From NCBI GenBank assembly GCA_050290785.1, contig JBNKIR010000041.1:44404-108403 (forward strand): a DNA stretch of 64,000 bases, read 5' to 3'. Source of the stretch: Sedimenticolaceae bacterium (GTDB taxonomy: Bacteria > Pseudomonadota > Gammaproteobacteria > Chromatiales > Chromatiaceae). Shown in pieces: positions 21,855 to 31,248 of the stretch; position 1 is the stretch's first letter; every line of letters begins with the position of its first letter. The notes beneath the pieces were generated by a model. It did no database searches, had not been told where the DNA came from, and was given only the letters and a program-made list of their open reading frames with translations. A program made the position numbers and the translations under genes.

Positions 21855-23218
21855 GTCAGCCCCACATACTGGTTGTAGATGATGAACCAGATATCAGAAC
21901 CCTGGTAAGGGAGATCCTGGAAGATGAGGGCTATTCGGTAGCTACTGCAGAAAACGGGGCCACGGCCCGTAGCGCCCTGCGGGACCGCCGACCTGACCTA
22001 GTGCTACTGGATATCTGGATGCCGGATGTAGATGGCATCACCCTATTAAAGGAGTGGTCTGAAGATGATGGACTCCCCTGTCCCGTGATCATGATGTCAG
22101 GACACGGCACCGTTGAAACGGCTGTAGAGGCAACCCGTTATGGGGCCTACGATTTTCTGGAGAAGCCGCTTTCCCTGGCGAAACTGCTGCTGACGGTAGA
22201 GCGTGCGCTTGAAGCCGACAGACTGCAGCAGGAGAACCTGGGGCTACGCCGTCATGTGCAGCACATGGTGGAACCTGTAGGCAAGAGCCCTGTAATTCAG
22301 CGTCTGCGGGAACAGGTAAAACGTGTGGCGCAGCACGACTCATGGGTGTTGATAACCGGACAGGCGGGGACAGGCAGAGAAACCTTTGCCCGCTATCTCC
22401 ACAGCCAAAGTTCCAGACGCGATGGACTGTTTGTGGATGTGGCGGTGTCATCCATATCCAAGGGAAATTCCGCGCGTGAGCTGTTTGGAAGCGAAAAGGA
22501 CGAGCGTATTCAATACGGCGCCCTGGAGCAGGCCCGTGGTGGCACCCTGTTTCTGGATGAGGTCGCAGATATGGACCTGGAGTCCCAGTCTCTATTGCTG
22601 GGGGCGTTGGATACAGGCTCTTTCATCCGAATTGGAGGGGCGGACCCGGTCGACATCGATGTGCGTATTGTGGCCGCCACCAAACGTGATCTGGAGAGCG
22701 AGGTGCATGAGGGTCGTTTTCGCGAAGATCTGTTTTACCATTTGAACGTAGTTCCACTCAACGTGCCGCCGTTGCGGGAGCACGCAGAGGATGTCCCTGA
22801 TCTGCTAAACTTCTACATCGACCATTTTGTGCAGCATGAAAAGTTGCCCTATAGACATTTCAGCGTGGGGGCCCAGAACTTTCTCCGCAATTACGGATGG
22901 CCCGGCAACGTCCGTGAGTTGAAGAATATGGTGCAACGCCTGCTGATCCTGGGCGCCGGGGAAGAGATTACCCAAGATGAGGTGGAACTTGCGGTAAATG
23001 GGCGCAGGGTTACCGAGATAGTGGATGCCGGTGGAATGTTCTCATTTGACCAGCCGTTACGTCAGGCCAGAGAACAGTTTGAGAAGGTGTATCTGGAGTA
23101 TCAGTTGGAAAAAAATAACGGAAATGTAAGCAAGACCGCTGCCGAGGTGGAGATGGAGAGGACCCACCTCTACCGCAAGCTGAAATCTTTGGGTATCGAG
23201 ATAAAAGATAAGAAGTAG
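21851..23218 (+). CDS. ntrX: NtrX-like response regulator (REC-AAA+-HTH) with a degenerate AAA+ domain
   Basis: 455 aa with a REC domain (ILVVDDEPDIR...DLVLLDIWMP). The AAA+ Walker A reads GQAGTGRE (Lys to Arg). No GAFTGA loop is present (ELFGSEKDERIQYGALEQA). A C-terminal Fis-type HTH follows. ATGA overlap with ntrY. Confidence 0.85.
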   Translation: MSQPHILVVDDEPDIRTLVREILEDEGYSVATAENGATARSALRDRRPDLVLLDIWMPDVDGITLLKEWSEDDGLPCPVIMMSGHGTVETAVEATRYGAYDFLEKPLSLAKLLLTVERALEADRLQQENLGLRRHVQHMVEPVGKSPVIQRLREQVKRVAQHDSWVLITGQAGTGRETFARYLHSQSSRRDGLFVDVAVSSISKGNSARELFGSEKDERIQYGALEQARGGTLFLDEVADMDLESQSLLLGALDTGSFIRIGGADPVDIDVRIVAATKRDLESEVHEGRFREDLFYHLNVVPLNVPPLREHAEDVPDLLNFYIDHFVQHEKLPYRHFSVGAQNFLRNYGWPGNVRELKNMVQRLLILGAGEEITQDEVELAVNGRRVTEIVDAGGMFSFDQPLRQAREQFEKVYLEYQLEKNNGNVSKTAAEVEMERTHLYRKLKSLGIEIKDKK

Positions 23219-23282
23219 CGACACACTATTGTGTATGGCTGCAAATGATCACTGCATTATCAAATAAGATCAAAATATTGAG

Positions 23283-24656
23283 ATGAAGATTATCATTCTT
23301 GGCGCAGGACAGGTTGGCACCTCCGTGGCGGAAAATCTGGTTCTGGAAGATAACGATATAACCATCGTTGACAAGAACCCCGATCTGCTCAAGGGATTGG
23401 AGGATCGTCTGGATCTACGTACGGTGCATGGACACGCGGCCTATCCCGATGTGTTGATGCAGGCCGGGGCGGAGGACGCGGATATGATCCTGGCGGTCAC
23501 CAACAGCGACGAGACCAACATGGTCGCATGTCAGGTGGCATATAGCCTGTTCCGAACACCCACCAAGATCGCGCGAGTGAGATCCCAGGGCTTTCTTAAC
23601 TACCCACAACTGTTCGATACCGATGCCATGCCGGTGGACCTTCTGATCAGTCCGGAGCAATCGGTTACCGACTACATCTGTCGACTGATCGAATACCCCG
23701 GTGCTTTGCAGGTGCTGGATTTTGCCGAAGGCAGGATTCGGCTGGTGGCGGTACGGGCCTATCATGGCGGCCCGCTGGTGGGGCAGAAGCTAAGAACCCT
23801 GTACGATCATATGCCCGACGTGGACGCCAGAGTTGCGGCCATCTATCGTCAGGGCAAGGCAATTCAACCGGAAGGCGACACCAAGATCGAGGTGGATGAC
23901 GAGGTGTTTTTTATCGCTGCCGTGGAGAATATCCGTGCGGTCATGGGTGAGCTGCGCAAACTGGAACGCCCCCTCAAACGGGTGATCATTGCCGGTGGCG
24001 GTAATATAGGCAGACGCCTGGCAATGGAACTGCAACAGGAGTATCAAGTAAAGGTCATCGACCGGGGCAGAAACAGATCCAAGGCATTGGCGGAAGAGCT
24101 GGACAAATGCATAGTACTGAATGGGGATGGGGCAGACGAAGATCTCCTGCTGGATGAAAACATCGAAAACACCGATGTCTTCTGCGCCGTAACCAATGAT
24201 GACGAAGCGAACATCCTCTCCGCCATGTTGGCCAAACGCTTGGGTGCGCGCAAGGTGATGGCACTGATAAATCGTCCCTCCTACGTGGATCTGGTGCAGA
24301 GTGGGCCGATCGATATAGCCATCTCACCACAACATGCCACTATCGGCACCCTCTTGGCCCATGTTCGACGTGGTGATGTAGAGGTGGCTCACTCTCTGCG
24401 CCGGGGTGCCGCGGAGGCGATCGAGGCGGTTGCCCACGGCGACTCCTCGTCCTCGAAGGTCGTGGGCAAGATGATTGAGGATATAAAACTGCCCAAGGGT
24501 ACGAGCATAGGGGCGATCCTGCGGGGCGAAGAGGTACTGATTGCCCACCACGATACCGTGATTGAATCCGAGGACCATGTGATCCTGTTTCTCGTGGATA
24601 AGCGCCGCATCGCTGAGGTGGAGAAACTGTTCCAGGTCGATGTTACATTTTTATGA
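23283..24656 (+). CDS. trkA: Trk system potassium uptake protein TrkA
   Basis: 457 aa with two RCK/NAD-binding repeats ([22 protein letters not shown]). Confidence 0.95.
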   Translation: MKIIILGAGQVGTSVAENLVLEDNDITIVDKNPDLLKGLEDRLDLRTVHGHAAYPDVLMQAGAEDADMILAVTNSDETNMVACQVAYSLFRTPTKIARVRSQGFLNYPQLFDTDAMPVDLLISPEQSVTDYICRLIEYPGALQVLDFAEGRIRLVAVRAYHGGPLVGQKLRTLYDHMPDVDARVAAIYRQGKAIQPEGDTKIEVDDEVFFIAAVENIRAVMGELRKLERPLKRVIIAGGGNIGRRLAMELQQEYQVKVIDRGRNRSKALAEELDKCIVLNGDGADEDLLLDENIENTDVFCAVTNDDEANILSAMLAKRLGARKVMALINRPSYVDLVQSGPIDIAISPQHATIGTLLAHVRRGDVEVAHSLRRGAAEAIEAVAHGDSSSSKVVGKMIEDIKLPKGTSIGAILRGEEVLIAHHDTVIESEDHVILFLVDKRRIAEVEKLFQVDVTFL

Positions 24657-24720
24657 GGACACTCGTTTTTAACCTGATCCAGGATAGGATTTGCGCCTGT
24701 TCGGAAATCCGGGGTAGCGC

Positions 24721-26172
24721 ATGAGTTTCGTAGTGGTTCAGCGCATACTCGGTATTCTCATGATGGTATTCAGCCTGAGTATGCTACCGCCGATGCTGGT
24801 CTCACTGCTGTTCAGTGATGGGGCTCTACTGGCGTTTTTTGCCGGATTTTGTGGCATCTTCCTGATCGGGGCGCTCTGCTGGTATCCGGTGCGCCGGGAA
24901 AAACGTGAATTTAGACTGCGTGACGGCTTCATGATAGTGGTGATGTTCTGGACCGTCCTAGGTCTCTTAGGTGCGGTACCGTTAGTCCTTGCCGAATACC
25001 CGCAAATATCTGTTACAGATGCGATCTTCGAGTCAATATCGGGATTGACCACGACTGGCGCTACGGTCATCGTCGGTCTGGACAGTCTACCGAAATCGAT
25101 CCTGTTTTATCGTCAACAACTGCAGTGGCTGGGCGGTATGGGGATCATCGTGCTGGCGGTTGCAGTTCTGCCCATGCTCGGTATTGGCGGCATGCAGCTC
25201 TATCGGGCCGAGACTCCGGGGCCCATGAAAAATTCCAAGCTAACGCCCAGGATCACAGAGACGGCCAAGGCCCTCTGGTTTATCTATCTCGGCCTTACCG
25301 TTGCCTGCACCCTGGGCTACTGGCTGGCCGGTATGGACATGTTCGATGCGCTGGCCCATGCCTTTTCCACCATAGCTATCGGTGGTTTTTCCACCCATGA
25401 TGCCAGCATGGGGTTCTTTGACAGCGCCTTGATAGAGGCGGTAGCCGTGGTATTTATGCTGCTCTCCGGCATCAATTTCGCGCTGCACTTTGTGGTGGTG
25501 AAACGCAGGGATATACGGGCATATCTCCGTGACAGTGAATTGCTCTTCTATGTTGGCATTCTCTCAGTGGTCTCTGTGTTGGCGGTATTGGTGCTTCACT
25601 CCTCCAATACCTATTCTGACTGGGGACGGGCCGTCAGCAGGGGGATATTTCAGGCCGTTTCCATAGGGACAACCGCCGGTTTCACCACTGCGGATTATTC
25701 ACAGTGGCCAGGATTTGTCGCCATCCTACTTCTGTTCACCAGCTTTATAGGCGGCTGCGCCGGATCCACAGGCGGCGGAATCAAGGTGATCAGATTTCTC
25801 CTCCTGATCAAACAGGGTATACGTGAGATCAAGCGCCTGATCCATCCCAATGCCGAGATCCCGGTCCGGGTTGGTGGCAAGGCCATTGAACCACGGGTAG
25901 TGGATGCGGTTTGGGGGTTTTTTGCCCTATATGTGGGCTGCTTTACGGTGATGTATCTGGCCCTGTCTCTGACCGGGCTCGATTTGATGACCTCTTTTTC
26001 CGCAGTTGCGGCCTGTATCAACAATCTAGGCCCAGGCCTGTCCGCGGTCGCATCCAACTATGCTGCATTGAATGATCCGGCAAAGTGGATCCTCTGTTTC
26101 GCCATGTTGTTGGGGAGACTGGAGATCTTCACCCTGCTGGTACTCTTTTCGGCCGCCTATTGGCGAAAGTAG
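24721..26172 (+). CDS. trkH: Trk system potassium uptake protein TrkH (copy 1)
   Basis: 483 aa polytopic protein with selectivity-filter-like TTTGAT, GGFSTHD and TAGFTT segments. It lies adjacent to trkA. Confidence 0.93.
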   Translation: MSFVVVQRILGILMMVFSLSMLPPMLVSLLFSDGALLAFFAGFCGIFLIGALCWYPVRREKREFRLRDGFMIVVMFWTVLGLLGAVPLVLAEYPQISVTDAIFESISGLTTTGATVIVGLDSLPKSILFYRQQLQWLGGMGIIVLAVAVLPMLGIGGMQLYRAETPGPMKNSKLTPRITETAKALWFIYLGLTVACTLGYWLAGMDMFDALAHAFSTIAIGGFSTHDASMGFFDSALIEAVAVVFMLLSGINFALHFVVVKRRDIRAYLRDSELLFYVGILSVVSVLAVLVLHSSNTYSDWGRAVSRGIFQAVSIGTTAGFTTADYSQWPGFVAILLLFTSFIGGCAGSTGGGIKVIRFLLLIKQGIREIKRLIHPNAEIPVRVGGKAIEPRVVDAVWGFFALYVGCFTVMYLALSLTGLDLMTSFSAVAACINNLGPGLSAVASNYAALNDPAKWILCFAMLLGRLEIFTLLVLFSAAYWRK

Positions 26173-26306
26173 CACTCCTTTTACCTGATTCTGCTTGCCG
26201 ACATGGCCTAAAACATCACAACAAAACAGACCCAAACCGTTCAGGTTTGGTTCATGCCCCATCCCCTATTCTGAAGTTGAATCAAACAGAGATAGGAGGA
26301 TTCATC

Positions 26307-26693
26307 ATGAAAAAACAACTTAGCAAGGCACTGTTCGTTCTTTTGGCCCTTGGTCTGGCCATGCCCGTCTTTGCCGGCAGCCCACTGCAAAATATAGAGA
26401 GGAACCAGATGCACCGCATTCAACAGGGTATCCACTCAGGCGAATTGACCCGGAGTGAGGCCAGGGTACTGAAAAAAGAGCAAAGCAACATTCGTCAGCT
26501 CAAGAGACGCTTTTTGAGAAACGGCCATCTATCCAAAGGAGAGCGACGTACCCTGAAGAATAGATATGCCAGTGCCAGCCGTCACATCTATCGCCTGACC
26601 CACAACCGGGCCACCAGCCATACCCAGAGGCATCATTACTATTCACCATGGGGCAGCGATGGTTACAGAACCTTTGGGTTCCTGTTTCACTAA
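26307..26693 (+). CDS. Small secreted basic protein, function unknown
   Basis: The ATG at 26307 follows AGGAGGA. Signal peptide MKKQLSKALFVLLALGLAMPVFAG. An internal two-fold repeat is present (GELTRSEARVLKK / GHLSKGERRTLKN). The listed ORF start at 26085 overlaps trkH and is rejected. Confidence 0.55.
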   Translation: MKKQLSKALFVLLALGLAMPVFAGSPLQNIERNQMHRIQQGIHSGELTRSEARVLKKEQSNIRQLKRRFLRNGHLSKGERRTLKNRYASASRHIYRLTHNRATSHTQRHHYYSPWGSDGYRTFGFLFH

Positions 26694-26721
26694 GATGCGG
26701 GCATCTACTATGAAACATACG

Positions 26722-26759
26722 CTGAGGCCAGACCTGTACTTAATAGCATAGATCTGGCC
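26722..26759. terminator. Hairpin between convergent genes
   Basis: GAGGCCAGA (26722-26730) pairs with TCTGGCCTC (26751-26759), giving a 9-bp stem and a 20-nt loop. It lies between the stops at 26693 (+) and 26776 (-). Confidence 0.4.
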
Positions 26760-26775
26760 TCAGCTATTTTCGGGT

Positions 26776-27429
26776 CTATCCTTTCCCCTCCAGTAAGTCC
26801 AAGGTCTCGGACGCAATCTCCCTCACTTCAGGATCTGTGTCTACCAACAGACCTTTTACTACTGGTATGGACCTAGGGTCCCCGGTCAAACCCAGATAGT
26901 GGCAGGCATCCGCCCTGACCTGAGACTGATCGGACCGGGTGAGCTCAATCAGTTTGGGAACCGCCGGTGCGAGGAGACCCCGTTCCTGCAGCTCCTCTAT
27001 GGCAGCCCCAATCCCGATACGGATAGCCATTGGTGTCTCTTGATCTCCCAGGAGGTGCAATAGATCGTCAATACTGCCTGGGTGTTTTTTGACCATGCGC
27101 ACCAGGGTGTCCAACCTTCTGATCTCTATAAGGTGGATAAAGTAGGTGCTAAAACCCGATGCCGTGGTGGCCAGGCCGACCCACACCTTTAGCTCCTCTT
27201 CCGTATAGCGGCCAAAGAACTCAAACACGCCTATCCTGAACCATGGGGCCGAGGTGGCCCCCAGGGAGCGCGCCTTCTCAGGGTGAACGGCCACATTTAT
27301 CACCTCAAGATGTCCCAGGATACCCTCCTTCACCATACTGGAGAGTGCATCCAAAACCGGTAGGCAGTGTCGGCACCCGGTACTGATTAACAGCAGCGCC
27401 TTAGGCGGAGTTTTTTTAATGATATGCAT
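26776..27429 (-). CDS. Thioredoxin-fold (CxxC) protein fused to HEAT-like repeats
   Basis: 217 aa. The N-terminus LLLISTGCRHCLPVLDAL is a glutaredoxin/thioredoxin-like CxxC. The C-terminal helical repeats end with PVVKGLLVDTDPEVREIASETL (HEAT/PBS-lyase type). It is divergent from aprB. Confidence 0.6.
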   Translation of the reverse strand: MHIIKKTPPKALLLISTGCRHCLPVLDALSSMVKEGILGHLEVINVAVHPEKARSLGATSAPWFRIGVFEFFGRYTEEELKVWVGLATTASGFSTYFIHLIEIRRLDTLVRMVKKHPGSIDDLLHLLGDQETPMAIRIGIGAAIEELQERGLLAPAVPKLIELTRSDQSQVRADACHYLGLTGDPRSIPVVKGLLVDTDPEVREIASETLDLLEGKG

Positions 27430-27622
27430 GCCTATTGTGTCGCCAATCGTCTTATCGGTAATCCAGCATCCTTCTGGACTTGTATATGATTATGTTTTTC
27501 AAGCAATTTATGAAAACATAGCATGGGGGGTCATATGTCCAGACATGACTTGAGTGTACGACATTCAAGTGCCAGAGACACCTTCATAAGGATATTTTAT
27601 GCTAGCCTGCAAAGAACTATTT

Positions 27623-27636
27623 GGCACTTTTGTGCC
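27623..27636. promoter_or_regulatory. Perfect 5-N4-5 palindrome upstream of aprB-1
   Basis: GGCAC-TTTT-GTGCC, centred about 69 bp upstream of the aprB ATG. The geometry is like CRP/FNR-family operators, but the half-sites match no site I can name. Confidence 0.25.
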
Positions 27637-27698
27637 TAGCTTCTTATGTTGGTCTGCCCAAGCCGCTGCAACGACAATAAATATCAGGAGTAAGCGCC

Positions 27699-28166
27699 AT
27701 GCCAACTTTTGTGCGTACCGATAAGTGTGATGGATGCAAGGGTCAAGGTGAGATCGCCTGCATGTACATCTGCCCGCATGATCTTATGAAGCTGGATGTA
27801 GACGGTTCTGAGACCGGCCATGCAATGCAGGCCTTTAACCAGGAGCCGGAACAGTGCTGGGAGTGTTACTCCTGCATCAAGATCTGTCCGCAGCAGGCCA
27901 TTGAGGCAAGACCTTATGCCGATATCGTTCCGTTGGGTGGTTCAGTGCAACCTCAACGCGGGACCGACTCCATCACCTGGACCATCCGATTCCGTAACGG
28001 CAACATGAAGAGTTTTAAATTTCCAATTCGCACCACGACCGAGGGATCCATTGACGCCTATGGCGGCAAGCCTGATGCAGATATCGGCAAGATCAGTGAG
28101 CCGGGTTTCTTTGTACAGAACAACGGCTATCGTGCCGGCGACACCGACGAACTGATCCGCAAATAA
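27699..28166 (+). CDS. aprB: Adenylylsulfate (APS) reductase beta subunit, copy 1
   Basis: 155 aa. MPTFVRTDKCDGCKGQGEIACMYICPHDLMKLD plus CWECYSCIKICP give two [4Fe-4S] cluster motifs. The insertion in the first cluster motif resembles sulfate-reducer-type AprB. Confidence 0.93.
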   Translation: MPTFVRTDKCDGCKGQGEIACMYICPHDLMKLDVDGSETGHAMQAFNQEPEQCWECYSCIKICPQQAIEARPYADIVPLGGSVQPQRGTDSITWTIRFRNGNMKSFKFPIRTTTEGSIDAYGGKPDADIGKISEPGFFVQNNGYRAGDTDELIRK

Positions 28167-28212
28167 AGATATATCGAGCCAAAATAACAAATTATTTATT
28201 GAGGTAATAACG

Positions 28213-30201
28213 ATGGCTGGTGAATTTGGCAATCCTGAGGTAGTCGTTGAAGAGGTGGACATCCTCATCATAGGTGGCGGCATGGGGGCCTGTGGTGCCG
28301 CCTATGAACTGGGGCCATGGATCAAAGCGGCCGGTGGTGACATCAAGGTTAAACTGGTGGATAAGGCGGCCATGGACCGTTCCGGCGCCGTGGCCCAGGG
28401 GCTGTCCGCCATAAATACCTACATCGGACCCGATCAGGATCCTGCCGATTACGCCCGTATGGTATCTAACGATCTAATGGGTATCACCCGTGATGATCTG
28501 ACCTACGACCTGGGCCGCCATGTGGATGAGTCCGTACACCTGTTTGAGGAATGGGGACTGCCGATCTGGAAGACCGATGAGAGCGGTGAACGGCATGACG
28601 GATCCAAGGGCATGCCACCGCTGGCAGAGGGCGGCAAACCGGTGCGTTCCGGCAAGTGGCAGATAATGATCAACGGCGAGTCCTACAAATGGATTGTGGC
28701 CGAGGCCGCCAAGAAGGGCCTGGGCGTGGAAAACATCCAGGAACGCGTCTTTATTTCCAGGCTGGTTAACGACAAGAACGACAGCAACCGCATTGCCGGG
28801 GCCGTTGGTTTCTCGGTGCGCGAGCACAAGCTGTTCATATACAAGTTCAAGGCCTGCCTGCTGGTTGCCGGCGGTTGTGTGAATATCTTCCGCCCCCGCT
28901 CCGTAGGCGAGGGCCAGGGTCGCGCCTGGTACCCGGTCTGGAACGCAGGCTCCACCTACACCATGGCCGCTCAGGCCGGTGCCGAGCTGACCATGATGGA
29001 GAACCGTTTCGTGCCGGTCCGGTTTAAGGACGGTTATGGCCCTGTAGGCGCCTGGTTCTTACTGTTCAAGTGCAAGGCCACCAACGCCTTCGGTGAGATC
29101 TACCTGGAGCGGAACAGGGCGATGCTGGATGATTATCCTCCCTATGGGAAGGCCTCCGTTCCCGCCGCCTGTCTGCGTAATCACCTGATGCTGAAAGAGC
29201 TGAGGGAAGGCCGCGGTCCCATCTGGATAGATACCGTAACCGCGCTCGGAGATCTGTGTGCGACCCTGTCACCACGCGAGGTGAAGCATCTTGAGGCCGA
29301 GGCCTGGGAAGATTTCCTGGACATGAGTGTCGGCCAGTGCGGCATCTGGGCCGGGGAGAACATCGAGCCGGAGAGGAAGAACTCCGAATTGATGCCAACC
29401 GAACCGTACCTGCTGGGTTCTCACTCCGGCTGCTGCGGCATCTGGGTCTCCGGTCCGGAGGACCTGGGCGCACCCACCGAAGAGGAAGAGGAAGGCGTCC
29501 CTGAGCATCTGCCTTCAGGCTGGAACTGGGGCTACCGCAGCATGACCACCGTAACCGGTCTGTTCACCGCCGCCGACGGCGTTGGCGCATCTGGTCACAA
29601 GTTCTCTTCCGGCTCCCACGCCGAAGGCCGTATCGCGGCAAAAGGCATGGTCAAGTTCATCATGGACAATAGAGAGTGGAAACCTGAACTGGATACATCT
29701 GTGGAGGATCTGGTCGCTGAGATCTATCGTCCGGTGCGTAACTATATGGGGCACAAGGACGACACCACCGCTATCGATGTAAACCCGAACTATATAACAC
29801 CCAGGATGCTACAGTTCCGCCTACAGAAGCTGATGGACGAATACGTGGCTGGAATCGCCACCTACTACACCACCAATGAACACCTGCTTGCGGTGGCGGA
29901 GGAGAAGCTCGCAGATCTGAAGGAGGACGCCCTGAAGATGCGCGCCAAAGACCTGCATGAACTGTTGCGCTCCTGGGAGAACTACCACCGCATCTTCACT
30001 GCGGAGGCGCACATGAAACATATTCAGTTCCGCGAGGAGTCCCGTTATCCGGGCTTCTACTACCGCGCCGACAAAAACTTCATTGATGAGGAACACTGGA
30101 AGTGCTTCGTAAACTCCATCTATGACAAAGAGGCCAAGACCTTCAAGTGTTTCAAGCGCGCGCATACGGATCTGATCGACAAGTCCAAGCTGTTCAAATA
30201 G
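28213..30201 (+). CDS. aprA: Adenylylsulfate (APS) reductase alpha subunit, copy 1
   Basis: 662 aa with an FAD fingerprint (ILIIGGGMGACGAA), DRSGAVAQGLSAIN and RFKDGYGPVGAWF. Collinear with copy 2 but clearly divergent. Confidence 0.95.
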   Translation: MAGEFGNPEVVVEEVDILIIGGGMGACGAAYELGPWIKAAGGDIKVKLVDKAAMDRSGAVAQGLSAINTYIGPDQDPADYARMVSNDLMGITRDDLTYDLGRHVDESVHLFEEWGLPIWKTDESGERHDGSKGMPPLAEGGKPVRSGKWQIMINGESYKWIVAEAAKKGLGVENIQERVFISRLVNDKNDSNRIAGAVGFSVREHKLFIYKFKACLLVAGGCVNIFRPRSVGEGQGRAWYPVWNAGSTYTMAAQAGAELTMMENRFVPVRFKDGYGPVGAWFLLFKCKATNAFGEIYLERNRAMLDDYPPYGKASVPAACLRNHLMLKELREGRGPIWIDTVTALGDLCATLSPREVKHLEAEAWEDFLDMSVGQCGIWAGENIEPERKNSELMPTEPYLLGSHSGCCGIWVSGPEDLGAPTEEEEEGVPEHLPSGWNWGYRSMTTVTGLFTAADGVGASGHKFSSGSHAEGRIAAKGMVKFIMDNREWKPELDTSVEDLVAEIYRPVRNYMGHKDDTTAIDVNPNYITPRMLQFRLQKLMDEYVAGIATYYTTNEHLLAVAEEKLADLKEDALKMRAKDLHELLRSWENYHRIFTAEAHMKHIQFREESRYPGFYYRADKNFIDEEHWKCFVNSIYDKEAKTFKCFKRAHTDLIDKSKLFK

Positions 30202-30219
30202 GGACTATAGAGGTAACGC

Positions 30220-31110
30220 ATGGGGAACAACGGAGGAGGTATCCCCTATTCGAGTAATCTGGTTCCGGCCAATCTGGAACTGGACTCCAGGCTGGAGTTC
30301 CATTGTGCCCCGGGGATATCCTGCTTCAATGCCTGTTGTAAACGGGCGGACATCACGCTCACGCCCTATGACATCATCCGTCTCAAGGATCGTCTGGGCA
30401 AGAGTTCCACCGCTTTCCTGAGGGAACATACCGTACCGTTTCAGATGGAACAGGACGGCCTGCCCGGGGTGAAGCTGCGTACCGACAATGACGGCCAGTG
30501 CCTGTTTATGACCGGTGCCGGCTGCAGTGTATACGAAGATCGCCCTACCGCCTGCAGGTACTATCCACTGGGCCACATGGCCATGCACAGGGGCGGCGAG
30601 GCCCACGAGGAGACCCACTACTTCCTGATTAGAGAGGATCACTGCATGGGGCACAACCAGGGTCGTGTACTCACCATCCGGGAGTTTCTGCAGGAACAGG
30701 AGACCGGCAAATACGATGAGACAAACCAGGCGTGGCTGCAGATCATGCTAAAGAAGCGTTCCTCCGGACCCAACGTGGGGCGGTTGCCGGAGAGCTCGTT
30801 GCAGATGTTCTTCATGTGCTCCTTCGATATGGATCGTTTCCGGCGTTTCATCACCAGTGATGGCTTCAGGAACACCTATGAGCTGGATGATTCTGTATAC
30901 GAAACCCTCGCTAATGGAGATATCCCCCTAATGTACTTCGGCATCAGGTTCATGCGGCAGGCATTTTTTGGCGAACGCACCATTCCAGAGAGAGAGGGCG
31001 CCTGGGAAAATAGGGTTAAAGAGCGGGAAAAGGTGTGGGAGACCCGTCGTCAGGCGGAGATTATACGCAGGCGACATCAAGTAGATGAGAAAACCGGAGA
31101 CGACGGATAG
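30220..31110 (+). CDS. YkgJ/UPF0153-type Cys-rich (putative Fe-S or Zn) protein
   Basis: 296 aa, 18 nt downstream of aprA-1. Cys motifs are FHCAPGISCFNACCK and CLFMTGAGCSVYEDRPTACRYYP, typical of the CxxCxxCC family. The long C-terminal extension is uncharacterised. Confidence 0.65.
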   Translation: MGNNGGGIPYSSNLVPANLELDSRLEFHCAPGISCFNACCKRADITLTPYDIIRLKDRLGKSSTAFLREHTVPFQMEQDGLPGVKLRTDNDGQCLFMTGAGCSVYEDRPTACRYYPLGHMAMHRGGEAHEETHYFLIREDHCMGHNQGRVLTIREFLQEQETGKYDETNQAWLQIMLKKRSSGPNVGRLPESSLQMFFMCSFDMDRFRRFITSDGFRNTYELDDSVYETLANGDIPLMYFGIRFMRQAFFGERTIPEREGAWENRVKEREKVWETRRQAEIIRRRHQVDEKTGDDG

Positions 31111-31160
31111 GTGCACTGTACAGGTAACCGCGCTTAAATGTCGTTATCCTGGCATGAGAT

Positions 31161-31223
31161 CGGAGTCAAAACGTCTGGCCTTGTTGGTTGAGCCAGACGT
31201 TAAATATTAGTGATTTGACTCCG
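31161..31223. terminator. Compound hairpin between convergent genes
   Basis: The inner stem is AACGTCTGGC (31170-31179) pairing with GCCAGACGTT (31192-31201). The outer stem is CGGAGTCAAA (31161-31170) pairing with TTTGACTCCG (31214-31223). It lies between the stops at 31110 (+) and 31249 (-). Confidence 0.5.
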
Positions 31224-31248
31224 CTCTATACCGACGACGATGTTGCAA

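Noticed and set aside
26085-26306. N-terminal extension of the small secreted protein ORF (listed start 26085).
   Set aside because: It overlaps the 3-prime end of trkH in another frame. The internal ATG at 26307 has a strong AGGAGGA Shine-Dalgarno sequence and begins a textbook signal peptide.
27621-27636. Possible sigma54 promoter (TGGCAC...TGC) upstream of aprB-1.
   Set aside because: The GC element sits one base too close to the GG element compared with TGGCAC-N5-TTGC. The sequence is better described as a perfect GGCAC-N4-GTGCC palindrome.
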